Shown here: in pieces, positions 20,721 through 34,145 of the stretch
Layout of the letters: each line of letters starts with the position of its first letter
Numbering within the stretch: the first letter of the stretch is position 1
DNA from: Scenedesmus sp. PABB004
Taxonomy: Eukaryota
NCBI GenBank assembly: GCA_014905635.1
Contig: CM026547.1
Location: forward strand, 124,001 to 188,000
Length of the DNA stretch: 64,000 nucleotides
Direction: 5' to 3'
Notes under the pieces: model-generated
What the model was told of the DNA's origin: nothing
What the model saw: only the letters and a program-made list of their open reading frames with translations
Databases searched by the model: none
Position numbers and translations under genes: made by a program

Positions 20721-23700
20721 CGCAGCGTGCCGGCAGGGACGGCGGCGTGCAGTGAAGCCGAGAAAAGGTCGGCGCGCGGTGCGCGGCGCACGCTGCGCAC
20801 GGGCGGCGCGCGCCGCCGCGCCGCACCGAGCGCGAGCGCGACGGCCATGTCGACGACGCTCACTGCCAGCAGCGCCGCGTCGAAGCGGTTCCACCCGCTC
20901 TTCCAGTAGCCCTCCCACCCCAGGCCGCCCAGCTGCGCGTGGCGGGCGAGGGTTGACTGAGCGCGAGGGGGAGGCGCGGGCGCGGTGCCGCGCCCTGCCG
21001 CCGCCCGGGGGCCAGCGTGCGCGTGGGCGGCTGTGTGGTGTGCCGCCGCCCCTGCCGCCGGCGCCGGCGCGCCTTGAGGCCGAACTCGAGCACGTAGGCG
21101 CAGGTGAAGGCGTAGTTGAGCGCCTCGACCGCGGCGACCATGGCGGGCGGCTGCCCGTGGTGCGTCGTGGCCATGAGCGCGCTGTTTGCCACAATGAGCG
21201 CCATGAGCGCCACCTCGAAGCGCTTGCTCTGGACCAGGTGGTACAGCCGCCTGGCCGCGCGGGCGCGCGGCGGGGCGCGCGAGCGGTGTGCGAGGGCGCG
21301 CGGCGGCGGCGGGCACCGGCGGGCGGCCGGCGGGCGGCGGCCAGCGCGCGGCGGCGCTCACTTGCGGAAGCGGTTGACGGGCACGGGGCTCTTCTCCGGC
21401 GGCTTGAGCCGGAACACGAGCCGGCTGAGCTCCACCCACTCGGTCTGGTCGTCGGTCAGGAACGCGCTGCCGGTCTGGCTCTGCAGCCGGATGCGGCTGA
21501 ACTGATAGAACACCACGCCTGACACACACCACACACACGCCAGCAGCCGCGGCGGCGCCCGGCGCCGCGCAGCGTCAGGCGTGAGGCTCGCCGGCGGCGG
21601 GCCGCGGGCGCGCGCGCGCGGCCGAGCGGGGCGCGGGTGCCCGCGCGTGCGCGCGTGCGCGTGAACCAACATGCGCGTGCGGCGCGGCGCGGCCGCCTCA
21701 CCGATGTAGAGGTTGAGCAGCGTGTAGGCCACGACCAGCACAAAGGCGGCAAAGAAAAAGAAGTTGGGCCAGCTGGACATCGGCCGCGGCTGCAGCCCGC
21801 GCTCCGTGGGCACCGCCATGGCCGCCGACATGATCTCTGCGCGCCGGCGTGGCGCGGCGCGGCGCGGCGCGGCGCGGCGCGGCGCGGCGCGGCGCGATGG
21901 CGTTGGTGTGAGCATTGCCCCTCGCGCGCCGGGGGGCACCGCCGCGCACTGCTCCTGCTCCTGCTGCTGCAGCTGCGGCGCACCGGTGTAGCCGTTGAGC
22001 GTGGCGGTCACAAAGAGGCTGACCATGGCCATGCCAAGGTTGTCAAAGTTGTAGGGCTGGTTGGACCAGCGCCGCGCCACCTCCTGCGCCGCGTGCGCGG
22101 CGGCGAGCGCGGCGCGGCCGCGAGTGAGCACGCGCAATGGCGCGGCAGCGCGGCAGGGCGCGGCAGGGCGTGGCGCGGTGCACCTGGCCGGCGTCGTCGA
22201 CAAAGCTGCCGACGCACTCGGCCTGCCCGGCGACGCTTGCGTCGTTGCAGCTGTAAAACATGCCGTGGAAGAGCTGCCGACGGCGCGGCGCGGCGCGGCG
22301 CGGCGCGGCGCGGCGCGGCGTGGGCCGGGCGGCTGACGCGCGCGGGCAGCCCGACGCCCGGCGAGGGCAGGCCAGGCCGGCGGGCCCGGCAGGCGGGCCG
22401 CACCTGGACGCCGAGTATGGCAAAGATGAGGAAGAAGAGCGCCACCACGATGCTCACGTTGCCCATGGCCGCCACGCTGCGCGGGGGGTGGCGGCGCGTG
22501 GGGCGGCGCGTGAGGCGACGCGTGAAGCGGCGCGCGAGGCGGCGCGCGAGGCGACGCGCGGCAGCGTGCTGCAGCACGCGGTGGCGTGAGGCGCGGGGCG
22601 CGGGGCACCACCCAGCCCGCCCGCGCCTGAGCGTGAGGCTCTTGAAGATGAGCTGCATGCCCGCCGAGCGCGTCAGCGCGCGCAGCGGCTTGACCGCGCG
22701 CAGCACGCGCAGCGCCTGCGGCCGTTGCGGCAGCGCGCGCGCGCCGTGGGCGCGCCGGCTGACGCCCGCGGCCGCCGCCCGGTCCCACGCTCGCGCGCGC
22801 GCGCGGCCGCGCCTTGACGATCTCCAGGTTGAGGCTGTCCAGGAAGATGAAGGCGAGGCTGGTGAGCACGATGACCGCGTCGACCTGGTTCTGCACGTAG
22901 CCCAGGTAGGGGCGCAGCCCAAACGCAAAGACCTTGAGCGCCGCCTCGGCAGCAAACGCGGCAGTGAACACGACGTCGCTGCGGCGGCGCGACGCGGCGC
23001 GGCTGAGCCGGCGCGGCGCGGCCCTGCCGCGGGGCGCGGCGGCCGCGTCGCCGCCTCGGCCGCGCGCGCGAGCCCACGCGCGCGCGCGTGCCTCCAGAAG
23101 AGGGTGCGGCCGTCGAGGTGCTCACGCGACATGTGGGGGTGCTCGTAGGCCATGGCGCCGCAGTTGGCGATGATGAGGGCAAACATGACGTAGTCAAAGC
23201 CCCGGCTGGTCACCAGGTCGTACACGGCGCACCTCAGCGCGTTGGTCTCGCCAAAGAGCCACAGGCTGCGCCCCGTGAGCTCGGGGAAGGTGCGGCTGCG
23301 CCGGCTGCGGCTGCCCACGCTCCACGCGCCTGTGCGCGCGGCGGCGGCACGCGCGCGTGGGCTCCCCCGGGAAGGGGCCGCGAGCGTGCGCGCCAGCCCT
23401 TATGCACGCCGCACCCGACTGCGAGCCCGTGCCGCCGCTGCCCGCGCTGAGGCCGCCGTCGCTGCCCATGGACGCGGAGCGCGACAGCCGGCGCCCCCCG
23501 GCGCCGCCGCCGCCCGACGTGGCACTGGGCGCGGAGCTTTCGACGCCGCTGGCGGCGTCAGACTGCCGCGGCAGCGCGGGCACGCGGGCAGTGCGCTGGT
23601 CAGGCGACGCGGCGTAGCGAGGCGCGCGCGCGTGCGCCGGCGCGGCGCGCGCAGCCGCACCTGGCCGCGCGAGCCGTGGCGCCCCGAGGCGGCGCCGCCC

Positions 23701-26700
23701 GGGTCCCCGACCCCGCCCGGCAGCTCGCTGCCCAGGCTGGCGGCGCCGGCGCCCTCGCCGGCCGCGAGGGCCGCAGTGGCGGCCGCGGCGGCCTCGCGGC
23801 GGCGAATGGCGCTGGTTGTGATGGACGGCTCCAGCGGCGCGCCCAGCTCCAGCGGCTCGAGTGCGGGCGCGTCAAACCCCGAGGCGGCGCGCGCGAGCGG
23901 CTCGGGCGCGGCGCTGGCGGGGCCCGCGCCCGGCCAGGCCGCGGGCGGCGGCAGGTCGATCAGGTCGTCCAGGTCGGAGGCGGCGGGCGCGCCGCCCTTG
24001 AGGCAGCCGGCCGGGTGCGCTGCCAGGGCGCCGGGGTTGTAGATGTGCCTGGGGCTGCCCGGCGGCTCGCCGGGCGCCGCGGGCACGGCGGGGCCCTCGC
24101 CGCGGTGGCGCATGCTCTCGGTCAGCAGCGTGACGCGCTTGGGCGGCCCCGCGCCGCCGCGCAGGCGCGGGCTCAAGCCGTGCAGCGCCCCGCGCGGGCT
24201 CGGCTCGGTCGCGGGTTCGCCGCCGAGCCCCGGCGCCGCGCGCACCGCGTCGGCCGCTGGCGGCTCGCGGGCCGGGCCCAGCCCCTCCAGCTCCGCGTCA
24301 AACAGCCCCGGCCAGCTGACGCCGTGAAGGGCCGGAGTCCCGCCGCTGACGACCAGACTGGGCGTCTGCGGCTCCGCCGCGCCGCCCTGGGGCGGCAGCC
24401 CCAGGCCGCGCAGCTCGCTCTCGAGTGCGGCGACACTCAGCGGCTGCTGTGCGCGCGCCGCGCGCGCCGCGGGCGCTGGCCGCGGCCCCAACGGCGGCCT
24501 GGGCACCAGGCCGGCGCCGCCGCCGCCGCCGTCGCCGCCGCCCGCGGCAGGCGCCCCGCCAGCCGCTGCCGCGGCCGCCGCGGCCGCAACGCCGAGGCCG
24601 CGCGACAGCGTCGCGGTGCCGGCCCCCTCCAGCTCCAGACTGCAGCCGGCGGCGCGCCGCAGGCCCGTGGCCGTGGGCGAGGCGAGCGCCTCCGTGGCCT
24701 CGGCGATCGGGCCCAGCGTCGCAGCCGGCGCGCCGCCGCCGCCCGCCTGCGCCGCGAGCGCCTGCTGGCGCGCGAGCCGCTGTGCGCGCACGGCGAGGGG
24801 GTGGTCGATGGCCGCGACGGTGCCGAGGAACTCCGTCCAGCTGAACGGCAGCTCCCCCCATGCCGCGGCGCCGCCGGCCCGGCCGTCCGCCTCACGGCCG
24901 CCCGTCAGCCGCAGCGCGTCCGCCAGCGCGCGGCCGTAGCCGTGCGGCGGGTCGGCGCCGCCGCGCCGCGCCGCTTCGTCCTCGCTGGACGCGGCGCTGT
25001 CGACGAGCTCCGAGAACGCGTGCTGCGGCAGCAGTGCGTCCGCCGCCGCCGCCGCGGCAAACGCGGCCGCGGCCTCCCGTTGGAGCGTGAAGCTCGAGCC
25101 GCCGCTGCTGGACGCGCTGCAGTTGCCGCTGCTGCTCCGCCGCTGCCCCAGCCAGGCCGCGCCCGGGCCCGGCCAGCCGTCCGCTTTGCCGCCGGCGGCG
25201 GCGGCGGCGCAGTCGCCGCTGAGCCGCCGCGCCTTGGCGCCGCCGGCGCCGCCGCACGCCGCCTCCAGGCCCAGGCGGTGGCGGCGCTGGCGCAGGCCCC
25301 AGCCCCAGCCGTCCCAGCCGGACAGCGGGGGCGCCTCGGGGGAGTGCACGCTCTCGCCCAGGGGCCCGCGCCCGCGGCCGCCCTGCTGCGCCGCCGGCTC
25401 ACGCCGGCCGTCGACGCTGGCGCGCCGGCCCGGCGCGCGGCGCTCGCCGGTGGTGCGCCGCCGCTCGGCGTCCGCCGTGGTGCGCCGCGACGCCGCCTCG
25501 CCAGGCGCGAGGCTGACCACCATCGTCGGGGCGTCCTCGCCGGTCGCGCGGTGCGCCGCCCGCGCGTCGCCCCCGCCGCCGCGCCCGCCGAACAGCCCGC
25601 CCAGCAGGCCGCTCCGGCCGCTCGCGCTGCCCGCGACGCTCGTGGCGGCGCCGCGGATGCGCGCGCTCGCGCGCTTGATGCGCCCAAACACCGAGCTCGC
25701 CACGCTCTGGCTGCGCACGCCGCGCTTCAGGTCGACCTGGCGCGGCACCGCGCAGCACGGCGTGGCGCCTGAGCCGGCCGCGCGCTGGGCTGCCGCCGCC
25801 GCCCGCTGCCCGCTGCCCGCGGCGGCGCGCGCCGGCCGCGCGCCGCAGCACGCAGCGCCGCGCACCGCGGCTGTCACCTCACCTCGTACTTGCGCTCGAA
25901 CGCGTCGAGCGTGACGGCGAGGAAGAGGGTGAGGAAGATGTACTTGCCCAGGATGACCCAGGCCAGCCAGTAGGCCGCGGAGCCGTAGTTGGTCGCGCGG
26001 ATGACGCTGTACATGGTCGTCTGGAAGTTCTCCAGGTTCAGCGTCTGGGTTCGGGGTTTGGGGGTGCGCACACGGATCGCGGCGGCGCGGCGCGGCGGGA
26101 GGGGCGTGGTGAGGCAGGGCGCGCGCGGCGCGGCGCGGCGCGGCGCGGCGAGCGCCCGGGCGGGGCCGCGGCGCGTGCGTGGCCGTGGGCTCGGGCGTGG
26201 GCTCACGTTGAAGTTGAGGATGAGCGAGTCGACGAGCGTGTCGGCGTTGGGCCAGGGCTCGTCGAGGTGGAGGCCGCCGAAGACGTGGAGGCCCATGATG
26301 GCAAACACGAGCCAGAAGAGCACCAGCAGCACCACAATCGACGCGAAGGAGCCCAGCGACGAGATCAGCACCTGCGCGGCGACGCGGGTCAGGGGGCCGC
26401 TGCGCCGCGCGACCGGCGCGCGGTGCGAGCAGGGGCGGCGGGGCGCTGCGTCGCCGCGTCCGTGGCGCGCCGAGTCCGTGTGCGGCCGCGTCGCCGCACC
26501 GAGGCGATCATCTTGAGGCTGTCCAGGTATTTGAACATCTTCATCACGCGCAGCACGCGGAACGAGCGGATCACGCGCAGCGACCGCACCGACCTGCGCG
26601 CGGCGCGGCGCGGCGCGGCGCGGCGTCGGGGCGGGACGGCGGGCGGGAACACGCGCCGCCGCCGTCCGCGCGCGGGCCGACAAGGCGTGCGCGCGCGCTG

Positions 26701-29700
26701 CGCGCACCGCAGCGCGGTGAGGCCGGACGCGCTGCTGGTCGCCATGAGCTCGGTGATGAGCTCCACGAGGCTGAACGCGACGACGAGCGCGTCAAAGAGG
26801 TTCCACACGTCGGTCAGGTAGGCCCACGGCCCCAGGCCGGCCATCTTGGCGACCATCTCGAATGCAAAGATGTATGTGAACGACGAGTTGGCCGTGTTCA
26901 GCGCGGCCTCAAACCTGCACGGCGCGCCGGCGGCGCCGTTGGTCGGCGTGGGCGCGCCGCGGCGGGCCGGGCGCGCGGCGCGCAGGCCCGCGGCGGCGGG
27001 CCCCGCGGCGGCGACGGCGCGCACTCGTGGGACATGCCCTCGTGCGTGAGCGCGAGCACGAGCGTGTTGAGGAGGATGGCGGCGACAAAGGTGTTGCTGA
27101 ACCACCCGCTGCACACCACGACGCGCAGGCGGTACTGCGCCCGCATCGCGGCGCGCTTTGCCCACGGCAGGCCCTGGCGCAGGCGGCGGCGGCGGCGGCG
27201 CGCGGTCAGCCCCACGGCCGCGCGGCGGCGGCCGCGCCGCGGTGGCAGCGCAACGGCAGGCGCACCGCCACGCTCTCGTCAAACTCCCCGATGCTCAGCA
27301 GGCAGGCGTGGCTGGCGCCGCTCGCGCCGCTCACGCCCGTCACGCCGGTGACGCCGGTATAGCCGCTCGTGCCGCTCATTCCGCTGCCCAGGCTCTCGCT
27401 CCTGTGCGGCGCGCGTCACGCGGCGCGGCGGCGGGGCGGTGATGGATGAAGGCGAGTCGCCGCGCCCGCGCTGCGGCCCGCCCGCGCACCTGCTGAGCTG
27501 GCGGTCCGGCGGCGGCGGCGGGCGGCCCTGCGCGGCGCCCCCGCCGCTGCTGGGCGGCGGCGCGTCGACGGCCTCTGCGCGTGCAGCGGCGGGCGGCGGG
27601 ACGCGGTGCCTCGGGCGGCGAGCGGCGGCGGCACCGGCTGCGGCCGCGCGCACTCGTGCGCTGGGTGCGGCGGCACCCTGTCTGTGTCTGCGGCCCAGGC
27701 GCACCCGTGAAGCCGGTGAGCGCCGTCCTGGTGCTGCCCAGGTCGCCCTCGCTGCCCGTCTTGCGCGACACGACGTCGCTGATGTGGCTCGCCAGGCTGT
27801 CGCGCCCCGCGCGCGCCGACACAAACGCGCTCACCCGGCCTGGCGCGGCGGCGGCACGGCGGCACGGCGCGTCGGCGCGTGGGCTGGTGCGGCGCGGCGG
27901 CGCGCGCGCTGCGGCGAGGCAGCGCGCGCACCGGAGACCCAGCCCGAGGCGCGCGCGAGCACGTTGCCGCGCTTGCGCGCCCCGCGCTCGCCCTTGAGCG
28001 CGCGGCGGTGGCGCCGCTTCTCGTCGAGCAGGCTCTTGGCCTTGGCAAACTTGGACTTGAGCACGGCGAGGAAGAGGTTGAGCTGGTGGCGGGCAGAGAG
28101 GGGAGAAGGCAGGGCGGAGGAGGCGCGAGGCGCGCGTCGACGGCTGCGCACTCGCGCGCCGCTGGCCCCGCCGAGTGCGTGGCTCGCCCGGCTGGGCGCG
28201 TGGCTGGGCGCTCGGCCGAGCCGGGCATCCGTCTCATCGTCTCACCACGAAGTATGAGCCGAAGACGATCATGACGAACCAGTAGACCACGACGCCGGGG
28301 TTGAGCGCGTCCATGGTGCGGTACATGGTGAAGCTCCAGTTGGTCAGCGTCATCGACTGGAACACGCTCAGCATCGACAGCCCGACGTTGGCAAAGCCCG
28401 CCATCTCGCGCGCCTGGCTCGTGGGGAAGGTCTGGCGGCGCAAGCGCGCGCGCGCGGTGAGCGTGCGAGGGAGGGGCCGCGCGCTGCGCCGCACGGCGCT
28501 GGGCGCCGGGGAGTCTCGGCCCGAGACTCACGAAGCACGTGGAGAAGGCGGGCGGGCAGGTGCGGTGGCCGCAGCCAAACTCGTCCGCGACGCTGGCCGC
28601 GTCCGCCTCGCGCGCGCCCGTCGCGGCGTCGACGCAGCCGCGGTGGAACGCGTCGCCGAAGAGCTCCGTCCCCGCGACTGCCGGGCGGGCGGGCGCGGGT
28701 TCGGGGCTGCTCCCACACGCACACACGCACGCACGCACGCACGCGCACACACACAATCGGCCAGGCCGGCCAGCCGTGCGCGCCTGCAAAGATGAAGAGG
28801 AAGAAGAAGAGCATTGCCACGACGCTCACCAGCAGCGGCACCGCCTCCAGGAAGCACACCACGATCGAGCGCAGCGCCGCAAACCTGCGCCGCAAACCGG
28901 CGGCCGCGCCCGGGCGGCGGGCGTCGGCGCGCGCGCGCTGCGCGGCGGGCGCGTGCGCGCTGCGCTGCGCGCGCACCGCGTGATGGTTCGCAGCGGGCGC
29001 AGCGCGCGCAGCGCGCGCAGCGCCTTGACGCCCTCCAGGCCCGCCCCCGCGGCGGGGATGAAGGTCGTGTAGCCGGCGAGGACCATGACGCAGTCAAACG
29101 CGTTCCAGGGGTGCCGCAGGTACGCGAACAGCCCGCCCATGGACAGGATGCGCAGGACCATCTCCACGGTGAACGCGACGTTCAGGCCCAGGTCTGCCGG
29201 GCGGTCGCGCGCGCGCACGCGCGGCGGCGGTGGCCGGTCGGCGGCGGCGGCGCCCGTGCGCGGGGCTGCCGGGCGGGCGGGCGGGCGCCCCGCGCGCGAC
29301 CCCATGCCGTCGTCGCGCACCGATGTGTCCGAGCAGCACGTCGCGCGCGCCGTGCGGGCGGAGCGGGTCGTACGCGGCGAGGCTGACGCAGTTGCCGGCG
29401 ATGAGCAGCAGCACAGCGAGCTCAAAGTCGGGGTGCGTGCACACCTGGCCTCGCGGCGCGGGCGCGGCGGGCGCGTCAGGCGCCGGCGGCGCTCCGGGGA
29501 GCGCCACCGTCGCGGCCCGCGCGGCGCACCTTGATCGCCGCACGCCGCACCCAGGAGTGCCCCGCGACCGCCGCCTCGAGCTGCGGCGGTGCGGCGGGCC
29601 GCGCCTGCCTGAGCGGCCGTGCCTCGCACGCGCGCACGGGCGCGCGCGCGCAAGCCCAACGTAGCCGCAGCGCGCACCTGCAGCCGCCCCGCGGTGTCCA

Positions 29701-31146
29701 TGCGCTGCAGCGCCTCCGCCTCCTCCCGCGCCTTGGCCTCGGCCGCCTTGGCTGCGACCCGGCGCTGCGCCAGCGTGATGACCTGCACGCGCGCCCGGCG
29801 GCCGGCCAAGGCATTCAGACGCTGCACACTTGCCCCACCGGCGCGCCGCGCCACCGGTGCGCTGCGGGGCGGAGCCCGGCCCCCGCTGCTGCCGCGCCCC
29901 ACCTCAACGGTGCCGTCGGCGGGCGCGTCGGCAGCGGCGACCGCTGCGCCCGGCTGGCTGCCTGGCGTGCTGCCCGCTTCGTCCGCCACCAGCAGCCCCA
30001 GCTCCGGCGCGCGCGGGCTGGGCAGCCCCACGCACGTGAACATGCGCGGCGTGGCCACGCTGCCGCCGCCGGCGCCCGCCGCGCCCCCGTTGCCGCCCGC
30101 CGCACCGTCCCCGCCGGGCGCCGGCCTGGCCGAGGCGGGCCGCGGGACGCCGGCGGCGCCGGCCGGCATGCCGGGCGCGTCCAGGGGCACCACCACGCTG
30201 CTCGCCCTGGACACCCTGCGCCCGAAGAGGCCCATCAGCTTGGCTCCCGCGCTGGGGCCCGCCCCGGCGGGCGAGACCGGCGCGCCGCCGCCAGCGGCGC
30301 TGCCCGCGCGGGGCGCCGCGCCGCCGCCCGCGCCCTCCGCCCCGCCCGCGCCAGAGGCGTCCGGCGTAACCGGCGCGGCCTTGACACGCCCTGCGCCGCC
30401 ACGCGGCGCGCACGCGTGAGCTATTCGCGCAGCCAGCTGCCCCGCGCCGTGTCCCTGCGACGCGCGCGCGGCGTGCGCGGCCGCGCAGCGTGCCGCACCC
30501 ATGCGCCGCTCGAGGCGCGCCAGCATCGCCTCCTCCTGCTTCTTGGTTATGAACTCCCGCTGGCTGGTCAGGAAGTCGCCGTCCCAGAGCAGCGGGTCGG
30601 TCAGCGGGTCGTCCGCCTGGCTGCCCCGCATCGCGCGGTAGAGCTCGTGCCGCCCCGCCAGCTCCGCCTCGCCGCCGCCGCTGGTGCCGTTGAGGGGGGC
30701 CTCGCCCGGGTCCAGGCCGTCCAGGTCCTGGCTCAGCGCGGGGCTGAGCCCGCCCGGCGGCGTGGGGCTCGGCGAGCGCCGGCGCGCCGCGGCCGCCGCG
30801 ACCGCGTCCCACGTCGTCGGCCCGGGCGGCGCGCCGCTGGGCGGCCTGGGGCAGAGGTGCGGGGGTGTGGCAGCGGCGGCTGTGGCGCCGGCTGCGGGCG
30901 CCCCGCCGTGTGCCGCAAGCGCAGCAGCAGCGGCGCCGCCGCGCGCCGCGCGACGCGGCCCCGCCGGGCCGCCAGCGAGGCGCCACACCTCTGCTGCGCG
31001 CCCATCCCGGTCCCGGCACCGCCCACGCCACCGCCGGGGCCGGACAGCCGCAGCCCCGGCAGCCTGGCGCCGTCCGGCGCCCACGCCTGCTGCCCCGGGA
31101 GCTGCGCCGCCGCATCCGGCACGCCCGGCGGCCCGCGGCGCTGCAT
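18052..31146 (-). CDS. Four-domain voltage-gated cation (Cav/Nav-like) channel alpha subunit, many exons
   Basis: Four S4 helices (KALRALRALRPLRTITR; RSLRVIRSFRVLRVMKMFK; KALRVLRAVKPLRALTR; KIMRLLRLARVVKLMR), WNxFD motifs, S6 LNLF motifs, a C-terminal EF-hand (WAEYDDGSGTIDPRDL) and an IQ-like motif (VQRKWRARMR). Start codon uncertain. Confidence 0.95.
20630..20718. repeat. (CA)n microsatellite in a channel intron
   Basis: Uninterrupted CA run of about 89 bp. Confidence 0.95.
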
Positions 31147-31534
31147 GGCGGGAGCGATGAGGCAGCTGGACCACGTGGCTGTCCTCACAGCGAGTGCGGG
31201 GCGGCCGCGGAGCGGCGCCGCGAAGCAGCGGCACGCATCGTCGTCGGTCAACGCCCGCGCGAGCAGCCGACCAGCGCCAGTCCCGCCTCGCGGCTCGGCG
31301 GATCGGCCGATGGCTGCACTGGCGCCGCGAGGAGCTGCGAACTGGCCAGCGCCGGCGGCGCAGGTCTTCTGAAGTGACGCGCACGGCGGCGAGAGCGCTC
31401 CCGCCGCCGCGGCACGTGCACACACGCCCGGCGCCGCCCCGCCCACCTCATCTTCACGGCTCGACTCCCCGCGCGCACCTCCCGCCACGCCCCGCCATCG
31501 GCAGCGGCAGCGGAGCTGCGCGTCACCGGCAGCG

Positions 31535-33761
31535 ATGGCCGTGATCGCGCCGCGGCGCGAGGTGCGCGGGTGTGAGGCCCGACGGCCCCCTCCGTGCTGG
31601 GTGCCTGACGCGCCGCCGCCGCGTGCCGCGCAGGCGCCGCCCGCGCCCGCTGCGCCGCCCGCTCGCGGCAGCGGCGAGCGGCCGAGCGCGCGCCCCGCGG
31701 CGGCCAGCCAGCGCCTGCTGGTCATCCTGCACGGCAAGCGCGCCGCGGACGAGCACGTGCGCCGCGCGATCGCGGGCCTCAAGGACGAGGGACACACGGT
31801 GCGCGCGCGGTGCGCAGCGTGCAGCGCGCCCGGCACGCGCGTGGCGGTGTGCGGTTGCCAACCGCGAGCCGCCGCCACCGCGTGGCCGCGTCAACAGCTC
31901 ACGGTGCGCGTGACGTGGGACAGCGGCGACGTGGACGCGTTTGTGCGCGAGGCGGTGGAGCTGTGGGGCAGTCAGCGCTACGACGCGCTCGTCGCGGGCG
32001 GCGGCGACGGCACGCTGAACGAGGTGGTTGCCGCAATGCTCAAGCACGGCGCGCCACGCGAGCTCGCGGTCGCACTGCTGCCACTGGGCACCGCCAACGA
32101 CTTTGCGTGTGCGGCGGGCATCTCCGTGGTGCGCGCACCACGCGCCGCGCGCGTGACGCCGGCGCTGCGGCGCCGCGCGCCCGCCGCCGCCCACGCGCCG
32201 CGCCGCCGCCCGCGCGCTCAGGACCCCGCCGAGGCGCTGCGCCTGGCGCTGGACCCCGGCACCGCGCGGCCCGTGGACGTGGCGCTGGTCAACGGCCAGG
32301 TCTTCATGAACGTGGCCGTGGCCGGCTCCGTGGCCGAGGTGTCGCCCGAGGAGCTCGCGAGCCGCTGGAAGCGCCTGCTCGGCCCGGCAGCGATCGTCTT
32401 GCACGGTGCGCTGCGCGGTGCCGCGCGCTGCGGTGCCGCCGAGGCCTCCCGCGTGCGCCGCCGGCACGCGTCTGTCGCGCGTCAGCTGCAGCTGACGCCG
32501 CCAGCTGGGCCGTGCGCTCGCTCGCAGTGCTCAAGCGCGTGCTGACGCCGGGCTCGCTGGAGCCGCACCGCGGCGCGACCATCTCCTGGTGCCGCACCCC
32601 GGGCGCGACGCCGCCGCGCGGCCTGGACCGCGGGTCAAGCGCCGGCGGCAGCGGGCGGCGGCGGCGGCGGCGGCGGCGGCGCGGACGTGCAGACCCTGCA
32701 GGCCGACCTGCTCATGCTGGCGGCGGGCAACAGCCGCCAGATGGGACGCCAGATGGTGAGCGCCCGCGCCCGCGGCTGCGCACCTGCACCCGCACCGCGG
32801 CGGCCGCTGCGCGGGCCAGGACGTCAACGCGCGCCGCCGCGTCGCGCAGAATGTCTGCCCGGACGCGCTGCTCGACGACGGCCTGCTCGACTTCACGCTG
32901 CTCACGGGCGGCAGCATGTTCGCAGAGGTTGCGGCGCTGCTGGGCGCGCTCGCGGCGCCCGGCGGGCGGCGACGTCGCGTGCGAGCGCGGTGTCGCGCAG
33001 CTGCGCGCGTCGTGGCTGCTCGTGGAGGCGGGCAGCGGCGGCGGCGGCGCGCCGATCGGCATCAACCGCGACGGAGAGCCGGAGCCCGCCAGCACGAGGT
33101 CGGCGCCCGTCCGCCGCGCGCTCGTGGGGGCGGCCTCACGCAGGGCTGCCGGCTGGCGGACAGTGGCCGCGGCGCCCAGCCCACCCGCCTGCTGCGCCCG
33201 GCGCCGCCTGCCCGCAGGCTGCTGTTTGAGGTGCTGCCGCGCGCGCTGCGCATGCACCTGCCCGACGGCCGCATGCTCTGCGCCGAGGGCGGCGCCGGCG
33301 CCACCGCGCTGGGCTCGGCGGCGTCGCTCGCGCGCGCCGGCAGCCTGCGCGGCAACGTGGCGGCAGGCGACGAGATCCGGCCGGCCGCAGCCGCGGCAGC
33401 CGGGGCGCCGGGCGGCGCGCCCGCGCCCGCGCCCGCGGGCGGCAAGCAGCCAAAGGCGAAGCCGCGCCGGCTGCGGCGGAGCACGCTGGTGCGCATGGTC
33501 GCGGGCGTGGCCGGCCCAGTCGGCGCGTCGCCGCGGCGCCGTGCGCGCCTCGCCTCCGCGGGCCGCGCGGCTGTGCGGGCGCTCGCGCTGGTCGCGCTCG
33601 GCGCCGCCCTGGGCAGGGCGGCGGGCGCGCGGCCGCGCAGCCGGCAGCCGGCGCGGCGCCACGACCACGACGTGGCCGGGCCGCCGGCAGGCGCCGTGGA
33701 CGCGGCGGCGCGCGCGGCCGGCGCGTGGAGCTTTGCGCTGCCGCGCGGCGCCGGCGCGTGA
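31535..33761 (+). CDS. YegS/diacylglycerol-kinase-family lipid kinase, copy 1
   Basis: LLVILHGKRA..VRVTWDSGD..AGGGDGTLNEVV..LPLGTANDFA..VNGQVFMN..GNSRQMG..CPDALLDDGLLD..INRDGEP. Confidence 0.9.
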
Positions 33762-34145
33762 GTCTCGCCGCCGTCACACGAGGGCGCGTTCGGTTGGCGG
33801 TTGACCAACTCCCAGGACGCCCTTGCGTTCACCGCAGTCCCGCCACCAGTCCCGCCAACAGCCAGCCCTGCGCCCGCCACGCGCTCGACCTCGCCGCGCG
33901 TTCGACCGCTGCCGCCGCTGCCGTGCCCGACCGGCGCCACCGCGGATCCGAGAGCGGCCCTTCAGCAGTCCCTGAGCTCGTGCAGAGCTTTGTGCGCCAG
34001 CGGCCGACCCCCAGCGCGCCAGCGTTGCGCGCCGCGCTGGCGCTGCAGCCAGCCATTAGCGGCGGCGCGCTGCGGGCGGGCCTGTACGCCCGGCAGTCCG
34101 TGGGCATTAGCATGACCTCGCAACCGCTGCCCTGATTCCGCCGGC

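Noticed and set aside
21850..22320. (GCGCG/CGCGG)n pentamer runs here and at ~18590, ~36070, plus GCCCCGCC repeats at ~51140-51210
   Set aside because: Low-complexity intronic simple repeats that recur throughout this genome.
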